A stretch of DNA of 37,227 nucleotides, taken from a virus. Below the pieces are notes generated by a model, which was given only the letters and a program-made list of their open reading frames with translations, was not told the DNA's origin and made no database searches. The position numbers were made by a program, and so were the translations under genes. This document shows positions 1 to 7,180 of the stretch, one piece after another. The stretch lies in UHGV virus genome UHGV-0368904, one strand, 5' to 3'. Within the stretch, counting starts at the first letter, position 1, and each line of letters starts with the position of its first letter.

Positions 1-65
1 AATACTCGTTTTTAACTGAAAAAATAGAGAGCTGGCTTACAGTTCCAAAAAATAAAGTAAAACTA

Positions 66-287
66 ATGAGCGCCATTGACAACGGCTACGAAGTCGAGAA
101 GGAACCATTATATCACGTTTTATTATCAGACAAAGGGGCGACCAACATAGGATATACTTTTTTAAATTTAGCGGGAACAATTGATTTTACGATATGTAAG
201 GAAAAGGTGGATACGTTAACAGAAAATCAAATCAAAGCAATTGATGAACGTTACTGGCCGTTTGCTGTGAAAGTTGATGGTGAATAG
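66..287 (+). CDS. hypothetical early-region protein (73 aa)
   Basis: Intact ORF on the same strand as the neighbouring phage early genes. I recognise no domain. Confidence 0.4.
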   Translation: MSAIDNGYEVEKEPLYHVLLSDKGATNIGYTFLNLAGTIDFTICKEKVDTLTENQIKAIDERYWPFAVKVDGE

Positions 288-473
288 ATGAAACGCAACT
301 GGAAAAGAGTAATAAATAAATTTAGTGGCATTGCAATAATGATTCTTGTAGCAAAAACAACCGTGAGCCATTTCGTGTATGGAAATGACATAACAAGCAG
401 TGACCTTGTTTATTTCCTTTCATGCTCGTTTATTTTGGGATTAGGGCTATATTTAGGAGGTTCCAGTGTATGA
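288..473 (+). CDS. putative small membrane protein (61 aa, two hydrophobic segments)
   Basis: The ORF starts 1 nt after the previous stop, with a GGTGA Shine-Dalgarno 5 nt upstream. It has two hydrophobic stretches, but it could be spurious. Confidence 0.25.
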   Translation: MKRNWKRVINKFSGIAIMILVAKTTVSHFVYGNDITSSDLVYFLSCSFILGLGLYLGGSSV

Positions 474-703
474 GTTATCCAGAAGTTTATATCATAGGAA
501 GGCAAGTCGATGGAGTGTATGTTGAATACTTACATGGAGCAGAGCAAGCCGATTTATTTTTCGATTATGCGATAGCTTGTGATGAAAAAAAACATATGAA
601 TCAAACCAATACAAAAGATGGCGAATGGAAAATTTTAAAGTATGGCAGACCGATAACGGTCGAATTAAACAATAAAAAAGCCAACCGACCACTGGTTGAC
701 TAA
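470..703 (+). CDS. hypothetical protein (77 aa from the ATG at 470; ORF opens at 422)
   Basis: AGGAGG at 455-460 lies 9 nt upstream of the ATG at 470. No domain recognised. Confidence 0.4.
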   Translation: MSYPEVYIIGRQVDGVYVEYLHGAEQADLFFDYAIACDEKKHMNQTNTKDGEWKILKYGRPITVELNNKKANRPLVD

Positions 704-833
704 GAAGAATATTTTACCAGAAAAGTGGTAGCTTGTGATATGTGAGGTTACTTTGCCCCAAACATTGGTCACAATAAAAATATTTTATCATGAGTAAAGA
801 AAGCTGCCAACAAAAAAGCCAGATTGCTCTGGC

Positions 834-865
834 TGTGGATAATGTGTGGATAACTTTGTGGAAAA
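834..865. promoter_or_regulatory. three direct repeats TGTGGATAA / TGTGGATAA / TGTGGAAAA (reverse complement of the DnaA-box consensus TTATCCACA), immediately upstream of the arpU -10 region
   Basis: Two perfect 9-mers and one 8/9 copy at 834, 845 and 857, 11-12 bp apart. A TATTAT -10-like hexamer follows at about 873-878. Confidence 0.35.
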
Positions 866-901
866 GTCGTTATTATTATACCACAAAAGGAGCGATTTCA
901 C

Positions 902-1318
902 TTGATTAAATTGCTAAAAGAAGTAGATTTTCGACAAACAAAAGCGAATGCCAGAAATGTGTTGAAGAATTTTAGACGTTTAGAGCGAATAGCTGGTCGC
1001 TCTTTGATAGATTTAAAATCACCAATTATTACAGATATGCCTAAAAGCCAAAGTCATGGGAACAAAGCAGAAGATGCGCTAGTACAATTAGCAGATGCAG
1101 AAGCAGAAAGAGACGCAATTTTATCTGCGCTTATGGCATTAAGCCTAACTAGCAGACAAATTTTGCATTATAGTTTCTGTGTGCAGGACCATTACTCTAA
1201 TTACAAGATAGCTAGGGAAGTTGGATATTCTGAAAGAAGTATTCAGCGAATGAAATCAGAGGCTCTAATTGAATTTGCCGAAGCGTATCGAAATGGAAAA
1301 ATAATTGCATATAAATAA
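902..1318 (+). CDS. arpU: ArpU-family phage late-gene transcriptional activator (sigma-70 region-4-like, TP901-1 Alt-type)
   Basis: TTG start with AAAGGAG Shine-Dalgarno at 886-892. The C-terminal HTH segment (RQILHYSF...YKIAREVGYSERSIQRMKSEALIEFAEAY) is characteristic of ArpU/Alt. Its position upstream of the packaging genes also fits. Confidence 0.8.
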   Translation: MIKLLKEVDFRQTKANARNVLKNFRRLERIAGRSLIDLKSPIITDMPKSQSHGNKAEDALVQLADAEAERDAILSALMALSLTSRQILHYSFCVQDHYSNYKIAREVGYSERSIQRMKSEALIEFAEAYRNGKIIAYK

Positions 1319-1323
1319 AATTT

Positions 1324-1378
1324 TTGGCGGTTTTTTGGCGGAAAGTTGGCGGTTTTTATTAATATTTAGATGTTATTA
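1324..1378 (+). promoter_or_regulatory. candidate ArpU-dependent late promoter: TTGGCGG x3 at 1324, 1335, 1346 (11-bp phasing) followed by an extended -10 TGtTATTAT (1370-1378), with no -35
   Basis: Read directly from the sequence. In TP901-1 the late promoter sits just downstream of the ArpU-family gene alt and depends on upstream direct repeats, and this layout matches. Confidence 0.45.
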
Positions 1379-1388
1379 TGGTAGTGTC

Positions 1389-1452
1389 GAAAGATAAGGA
1401 GACGAGGGTAAGGCATGCATTACCTTTCTTAGCTCCGTTTCCTTTATCTTTT
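1389..1452 (+). other. long imperfect RNA hairpin about 10 nt downstream of the predicted late transcription start, ending in TCTTTT (attenuator-like)
   Basis: The 5' arm AAAGATAAGGAGACGAGG pairs with the 3' arm CTCCGTTTCCTTTATCTTT (about 17 bp, with bulges and two G-U pairs). The apical loop carries a small 4-5 bp inner hairpin (GGTAA...TTACC). Confidence 0.35.
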
Positions 1453-1696
1453 GAGGCTACCTATAAAAAATAAAGAATAAGGATGTGGAAAGTCCAGTTC
1501 TTTCTGTCTCGTTTAGTCTAGGTAGCAAATATTGCAATACACTTGGCATTAAGCTTACACGTAGACGTACGCCGAAAGCACTTGTCAAGATAGCGCTATG
1601 TAGTTTGCAATGATCACTCACAAATCAGACGTTCTCAAACTAAAAGAAATGGGGTGTAATTCCTCTCTCTTTTTTCTACAGGTTTGTGAGTGTTAA

Positions 1697-1768
1697 TGGG
1701 ATATAGCTTAACTGGTAGAGCAGCGGTCTCCAAAACCGTCGGTATAGGTTCGAGTCCTATTGTTCCGG
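1697..1768 (+). tRNA. trnW: tRNA-Trp (anticodon CCA), phage-encoded
   Basis: Manual fold gives D-arm GCTT/GAGC, anticodon stem GCGGT/ACCGT, loop CTCCAAA (CCA), a 4-nt variable loop, T-arm ATAGG-TTCGAGT-CCTAT and discriminator G. The acceptor stem pairs only with three G-U wobbles. Overall it resembles Firmicute tRNA-Trp. Confidence 0.55.
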
Positions 1769-1952
1769 TAGGTAGCATAGCTACTTAAATAAAAGAATCG
1801 TCAATAAATGTTTCTTACTTTAACGATCGGTTCACCTCCTTTCAGAATTAGCCAGCCTGCGGAAACAGGATAAAGTGGCTAGCAACCTAGTATTGTTAAA
1901 TAAGTGTTAGATTGGCTAGGCAGTCTAATACAAATCTTTAGACTACTCAATA

Positions 1953-1996
1953 AAAATGAGTGGTCTTTTTTTGTACATAAAAAAGCCACTAGACTA
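1953..1996. terminator. hairpin flanked by a T-run and an A-run (bidirectional-terminator-like) inside the late leader
   Basis: AGTGGTCTTTTTTT gtacat AAAAAAGCCACT. Confidence 0.3.
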
Positions 1997-2133
1997 TGGG
2001 ATCTAGTAGCTAGGTAGCATTCGTGCACAATTTTTGTTGATTGCTATTTACAAAAAGGAGTTGCTACCCATAAATAGTATAGCAAGAAGTGATTTATTGA
2101 ATCAAGTACATAAAACAACTAGGAGAGAAAAAT

Positions 2134-2367
2134 ATGAAAAGCTATTGGTATGTATCGCTAACACATAAATATCCACAGTCGAACCGCTCAACTGTTTCGA
2201 TGCGTGTTGTAATGTCTGTGCAGATAAAAAAGAATGCATCTATTGTCGAAATGACGAGAGAAGCCACACCAAAGGAAATTGATGATTGTAAGCTTGTTTA
2301 TTGTGGGCATGGCTATTTTGATGAGAAGAACATTCAAGAAAATATTAAACGAAGCATGAGGGATTAG
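2134..2367 (+). CDS. hypothetical protein, first ORF of the late operon (77 aa)
   Basis: AGGAGAG Shine-Dalgarno. The ORF abuts the methyltransferase gene. Confidence 0.5.
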   Translation: MKSYWYVSLTHKYPQSNRSTVSMRVVMSVQIKKNASIVEMTREATPKEIDDCKLVYCGHGYFDEKNIQENIKRSMRD

Positions 2368-2369
2368 AA

Positions 2370-3692
2370 ATGAAATTTGAAAAGATGAAGTTATCAGAAC
2401 TACACCCTGCTGAATATAATCCAAGGGTTGAATTAAAGTCGGGCATGGAAGAATATGAGAAGCTTAAACAATCCATTTTGGAATTTGGCTTTGTTGATCC
2501 ACCAATTTTTAATAAAAGAACAGGAAATTTAGTTGGTGGCCATCAGCGTGTATCGGTAGCAAAAGATTTAGGAATTGGCGAAATTGAAGTATCCATTGTA
2601 GATTTACCTATCGAAAAAGAAAAAGCTTTAAATAAGATTTCTGGCCAGTGGGATGAAGATAAATTAGTTGAGTTATTGGAAGAGCTTAACACAGATGAAT
2701 TACCTCTAACAGGCTTCAATCAAGAAGAATTAGATGAGCTGTTAGCTGATATGAACAAATTTGAAACTACAGCCGATAGGGTAAAGGCAAATCCAGCAAA
2801 TACCAGTTTATTTGATTCTTTCTTGTTTCCGCCATTTTCTTATCTTGATACAAAAACTAAGCGTTGGTTAGATCGTAAACGCCAATGGAAAGAGCTAGGG
2901 ATCAAGAGTGAGCTTGGCCGTGAAGATAACTTGGTATTCAATCCTAGCATGCAAGCGCCAGGACTAGAAGGAACATCTATTTTTGACCCTGTTCTATGCG
3001 AATTAGGGTATCGTTGGTTTACACCTAAGACAGAAAGCAATATTTTTGATCCATTCGCTGGTGGTTCTGTGCGTGGAATAGTAGCTAAAGTTCTTGGGCA
3101 TAATTACACGGGTATTGATTTGAGAGCAGAACAAATAAGTGCAAATTATGCTAATGCTCGAGAAATTGGTTTAAGTGATATTAATTGGATTTGTGATGAC
3201 AGCTTGAATATAGACCATCATATTGAAGATGAAAGTCAAGATTTGTTATTTACATGTCCGCCGTATGCAGACCTTGAAGTTTATTCAGACGATGAACGAG
3301 ACATTAGTAATATGTCCTATGAAGAATTTGCAGAAGTATATAGTGAAATTTTAAAACGTTCTGCTAAAAAGCTAAAAGATAATCGCTTCGCAGTGGTCAC
3401 CATTTCTGATGTCAGAGATAAAAAAGGCTTTTATCAAGATTTAACTGGTTTGACTAAGAGAGCGTTTAGCACAGAAGGCTTATATTTCTACAATGACATG
3501 ATTTTGTTAAACGCAGTTGGTTCGGGTTCGCTAAGAGCTAGACGTTTGATGAACAATAGAAAAGTAACCAGAATGCACCAAAATGTATTAGTCTTTTATA
3601 AAGGAAATCCGAAAAATATTAATCAACATTTCGAAGTTTTAGAAACATTAGATGATGAACTAGAAAATCTCGTAAATGGACTGGACGAATAA
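2370..3692 (+). CDS. ParB-like nuclease domain fused to a DNA N6-adenine/N4-cytosine methyltransferase (phage orphan methyltransferase)
   Basis: The N-terminus carries a ParB/Srx-type motif (LHPAEYNPR...GGHQRV). The C-terminal part has motif I (DPFAGGSVRG) and a motif-IV-like TCPPY. Confidence 0.85.
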   Translation: MKFEKMKLSELHPAEYNPRVELKSGMEEYEKLKQSILEFGFVDPPIFNKRTGNLVGGHQRVSVAKDLGIGEIEVSIVDLPIEKEKALNKISGQWDEDKLVELLEELNTDELPLTGFNQEELDELLADMNKFETTADRVKANPANTSLFDSFLFPPFSYLDTKTKRWLDRKRQWKELGIKSELGREDNLVFNPSMQAPGLEGTSIFDPVLCELGYRWFTPKTESNIFDPFAGGSVRGIVAKVLGHNYTGIDLRAEQISANYANAREIGLSDINWICDDSLNIDHHIEDESQDLLFTCPPYADLEVYSDDERDISNMSYEEFAEVYSEILKRSAKKLKDNRFAVVTISDVRDKKGFYQDLTGLTKRAFSTEGLYFYNDMILLNAVGSGSLRARRLMNNRKVTRMHQNVLVFYKGNPKNINQHFEVLETLDDELENLVNGLDE

Positions 3693-3729
3693 AAAACAAT
3701 CGTTTATGCTCTGCATGAGGTGAAGGGTA

Positions 3730-3921
3730 ATGACAAATAAAGAATTAAAAAGCATAGCGGAAAACGCTAGAAGCCTATATAGAAGTAATCTAATTACTAG
3801 GGAAGAAGCAAAAGAACGTATCGAACCATTTATTGAAGCGTACAACAAAAAATCAATTGAGATCGCTAAGAAGTTTAACCAGAAACCGAAAACAATCTCT
3901 TTCGTTTCCTTTTTACGATAA
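3730..3921 (+). CDS. hypothetical protein (63 aa)
   Basis: GAGGTGAAGG Shine-Dalgarno. No domain recognised. Confidence 0.45.
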   Translation: MTNKELKSIAENARSLYRSNLITREEAKERIEPFIEAYNKKSIEIAKKFNQKPKTISFVSFLR

Positions 3922-4057
3922 AAAAAGAAGCCGAGTGCGCTAACACTCGACTACTTCAACGAGATACGAATACCCCGAAGACACAGAAGCTGGCATGCAT
4001 GCTCTAAAGGAAGTTCTGTGTCTTTTAGCATTATATAATAGTGCGAGGTATTCTACA

Positions 4058-4246
4058 ATGGAAACATTTGATTATGAAGTTCAACAAGCTTTAGAAAAGC
4101 AAAAGGTTGCGGAAGAAAATAACAAGATTATCAGGGCTGCAAAGGCTCAATGGATAAGTAATTTTAAAGAAGGTAAAGTTCGGTTGGACACTGTTAAAGA
4201 TTTAAAAGATTTAATTGAAATTGAGAGTCACTTAAAAGATGTATGA
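4058..4246 (+). CDS. small coiled-coil protein, moron gene 1 (62 aa from the ATG at 4058; ORF opens at 3995)
   Basis: A TATAAT hexamer at 4034-4039 and a GAGGT Shine-Dalgarno 9 nt upstream of the ATG at 4058. The sequence is charged and predicted helical. Confidence 0.4.
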   Translation: METFDYEVQQALEKQKVAEENNKIIRAAKAQWISNFKEGKVRLDTVKDLKDLIEIESHLKDV

Positions 4247-4331
4247 TTCATTAGGAAAATAATGTATGAATTTGACTGTATCCAATTATTCCTCGATAAT
4301 TGAAGAAGTAATTTATCAAGGAGGTCTTTTT

Positions 4332-5006
4332 ATGTCAATATTCTATAATAATCTAGGAGAATTTCAATGGGTATCTGTTACAGCTCTAATCAGTATACTT
4401 GGGATATTTGTAACTTTAGGATCGACAGTATATACAAACAAGAAAACTATTCGAGCTAATGTTCAATCGAAAACAAGTATTGAATGGATAAACAAGATAA
4501 GAGAATTGTCAGCAGAATTAATAAATAACTATGAATCTTTAGGTCATGCCTCACAAAAATTATATACTTGTATACTAAGTATATCAGCTTTGTCGGATTC
4601 ATATAACAATGAAAAAAAACAAATTCAAGAAGTAGGGTTTGGTGGTAACATGTCAGTTATCAATCGAATGAACTCTTTGCATAAAGAAAAAAAAGAATCA
4701 AGTTTAGAATACAATAAATTCAGTTCTATTACGCTTTCCTTATATAATCAACTCTCTCTTTACTTTGTAGATGACTTAACCAACAATGAAATATTAGAAC
4801 AGTTAGAAAAGCTAAAAGAATTTAATAGACGATTAGCGGATGTATTTAAAGAAGACATAGAAGTAAATCAGACTGAGTTTTCTTATCAAAAAGCTGTAGA
4901 CAATTATTTAAAAATAGTTGATGAGTTATCATATGAAATTGAAAATTTTAGGAAGCTTATAGCGAAGTACATCAAAGATGAATGGAATGCCATTCAGAAA
5001 AAATAG
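4332..5006 (+). CDS. N-terminally membrane-anchored coiled-coil protein, moron gene 2 (224 aa from the ATG at 4332; ORF opens at 4266)
   Basis: AAGGAGGT Shine-Dalgarno 7 nt upstream of the ATG at 4332. One TM helix (WVSVTALISILGIFVTLGSTVY). The gene is visibly AT-richer than its neighbours, and I recognise no domain. Confidence 0.5.
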   Translation: MSIFYNNLGEFQWVSVTALISILGIFVTLGSTVYTNKKTIRANVQSKTSIEWINKIRELSAELINNYESLGHASQKLYTCILSISALSDSYNNEKKQIQEVGFGGNMSVINRMNSLHKEKKESSLEYNKFSSITLSLYNQLSLYFVDDLTNNEILEQLEKLKEFNRRLADVFKEDIEVNQTEFSYQKAVDNYLKIVDELSYEIENFRKLIAKYIKDEWNAIQKK

Positions 5007-5052
5007 AAAACAAAACTCAACTATCAACATGAATGCGAGGTGGTGTTAATGG

Positions 5053-5910
5053 ATGGCTAGAAAAAGAGATCCACGTCGTGACCAGGCTAAAGAAATTTGG
5101 TTAAGGTCAAACGGTAAAAAGATTCTTAAAGATTTAGCAAATGAACTAAATGTTTCAGATTCTCAAATTAGAAAATGGAAATCGATTGATAAATGGAGTG
5201 CTGAATTGAAAGGTAATGTTACCAATGCCAAAGGTAACGTTACTAATCGAGGAGGCGCTCCATTTGGTAATCAGAACGCAGTAGGCAACAAAGGTAATAG
5301 CCGAGCCTCGCCACCACTTGGTAATAAGAACGCTATTAAAACTGGCGAATACGAAACAATATTTGCCGATATGTTATCTGATGAAGAAAAGGACATCTAT
5401 TCTAATCTGAATGATGATCCTTTTTTTATTTTGAATGATGAGATTCGCTTATTAAAGGTACGGCAGTTTAGAATGATGAAACGTATCAAAGAAGCTGAAA
5501 AAGGACTAAATGATGAAGAAGTTGAACGGTTACAACAGCTAAGGAAAATTAAAACACCAGTTGAAAAAGACGGTAGAAAGCTAGAAATAAAACGTGAAGT
5601 TATGCAAGATGTTCAAGTAACTCGTAAAACATTTAGAAAGTTAGATGACATCTTAGCTATTGAAGATGCGTTGACTCGTGTTAGTAATCAATTAACTAAG
5701 TCAATTAAGCAACTGAACGAATTATCATTGAGTCAAGACAAGAAAGTCATGCTTAATCGTCAAAACGAAAAACTTGCTGCTGAAATTCGGCGACTCAAAA
5801 TTCAGAATGGTGACGATATTCCAGAAGTTGAAGATGATGGGTTTATTGCAGCTATCAATAATATAGTTAATGATAATGAGGTGTGGAATGATGACAATAT
5901 CGAAACGTAA
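5053..5910 (+). CDS. terS: terminase small subunit
   Basis: An N-terminal HTH, a glycine/asparagine-rich repeat segment (KGNVTNAKGNVTNRGGAPFGNQNAVGNKGN) and a C-terminal coiled coil. It sits directly upstream of terL. Confidence 0.8.
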   Translation: MARKRDPRRDQAKEIWLRSNGKKILKDLANELNVSDSQIRKWKSIDKWSAELKGNVTNAKGNVTNRGGAPFGNQNAVGNKGNSRASPPLGNKNAIKTGEYETIFADMLSDEEKDIYSNLNDDPFFILNDEIRLLKVRQFRMMKRIKEAEKGLNDEEVERLQQLRKIKTPVEKDGRKLEIKREVMQDVQVTRKTFRKLDDILAIEDALTRVSNQLTKSIKQLNELSLSQDKKVMLNRQNEKLAAEIRRLKIQNGDDIPEVEDDGFIAAINNIVNDNEVWNDDNIET

Positions 5911-7180
5911 AACATCTGTTGTTTTCAAATTCACATCGTTTTCTAAAAAGCAGAAGCAAGTTTTATCTTGGTGGAAACATCCCAAGTATAAAGATAAAGA
6001 AGCTATTATTTGTGATGGGTCTGTTCGTGCTGGTAAAACAGTTATTATGTCGCTATCTTACATCTTTTGGGCAATGGAAAGCTATGATGAAGATCAATTC
6101 GGAATGGCTGGTAAAACAATTGGTTCATTAAGGCGTAACGTTATACGGCCATTAAAAAAGATGCTTAGGGGTCGTGGCTATACTGTTAAAGACAATCGAA
6201 CAGATAATATCCTTGAAATAACTAAAAATAATAAAACAAATTATTTCTTTTTATTTGGTGGTAAAGATGAAGCTTCGCAAGATTTGGTGCAAGGTCTAAC
6301 TGCAGCTGGATTTTTCTTTGATGAAGTGGCGCTTATGCCACAATCATTTGTAAACCAAGCAACAGCACGTTTATCTGTAGATGGTGCTAAATCATGGTTT
6401 AACTGTAATCCTGCTGGACCTCATCATTGGTTCAAACTTGAATGGTTAGACAAGCTAACAGAAAAGCATGCTATTCGCATTCACTTTACTATGGAAGATA
6501 ATCCTTCGCTTAGTGAAAGAGTAATTAATCGTTACAAACGAATGTATTCAGGAGTTTTTTATGACAGGTATATTCGTGGATTATGGGTATTATCTGAAGG
6601 AATTATTTTTGACAACTTTGATGCGGAAACGATGGTAAAAGAACCTCCCAAAAACGCTATAGCTAGTCAATATTACGTATCTATAGACTATGGAACTCAA
6701 AATGCTACAGTCTTTTTGTTATGGGCTAAATATGAAGAAAATTGGTATTGCATTGATGAGTATTATTACTCTGGTCGTGATGAATCAAAACAAAAAAGTG
6801 ATGATAAATATTTGAAAGACCTGAATTCTTTTGTAGAAGGAAAAAAAGTTAAAATTATTGTGGATCCGTCAGCAGCTTCGTTTATTGCATTACTTAGAGA
6901 GAATGGATACAAAGTTATAAAAGCCAAAAATAATGTTATTGACGGCATTCGTGCAACTCAAACAGCAATGAATGAAGGAAAGATTTATTTTTCTAGTAAC
7001 TGTAAAAATTTATTTGCAGAATTTGCATCATATATTTGGGATGAAAAAGCGGCAGATAGAGGCGAAGACAAGCCTATAAAACAACATGATCACGCGTGTG
7101 ATGCGCTAAGATACTTTGTTTACACCATTTTAAATAAATCACGAGGAATTAAGCTACAGAGCGTGAAGGGGGTTATTTAA
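5888..7180 (+). CDS. terL: terminase large subunit (PBSX/terminase_3-like)
   Basis: Walker A motif (DGSVRAGKT) and a C-terminal nuclease-like region. The ORF opens at 5870, with likely starts at ATG 5888/5891 after GAGGTG. It overlaps the end of terS. Confidence 0.9.
   Translation: MMTISKRKTSVVFKFTSFSKKQKQVLSWWKHPKYKDKEAIICDGSVRAGKTVIMSLSYIFWAMESYDEDQFGMAGKTIGSLRRNVIRPLKKMLRGRGYTVKDNRTDNILEITKNNKTNYFFLFGGKDEASQDLVQGLTAAGFFFDEVALMPQSFVNQATARLSVDGAKSWFNCNPAGPHHWFKLEWLDKLTEKHAIRIHFTMEDNPSLSERVINRYKRMYSGVFYDRYIRGLWVLSEGIIFDNFDAETMVKEPPKNAIASQYYVSIDYGTQNATVFLLWAKYEENWYCIDEYYYSGRDESKQKSDDKYLKDLNSFVEGKKVKIIVDPSAASFIALLRENGYKVIKAKNNVIDGIRATQTAMNEGKIYFSSNCKNLFAEFASYIWDEKAADRGEDKPIKQHDHACDALRYFVYTILNKSRGIKLQSVKGVI

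Noticed and set aside
813-836. Hairpin GCCAG-attgct-CTGGC preceded by an A-run, which looks like a minus-strand terminator.
   Set aside because: There is no minus-strand gene upstream of it in the window. It is more likely part of the arpU promoter/operator region or is fortuitous.
1697-1768. The tRNA as the phage integration site (attP overlapping a tRNA).
   Set aside because: The integrase lies 22 kb away next to a separate att-like region. The tRNA sits inside the late-operon leader, so it is better interpreted as a phage-encoded tRNA. A degenerate pseudo-tRNA remains possible because of the three G-U pairs in the acceptor stem.
5919-6131. A 70-aa + strand ORF overlapping the start of terL in another frame.
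   Set aside because: It lies wholly within the terminase large-subunit coding region and has no ribosome-binding site, so it is a frame artefact.
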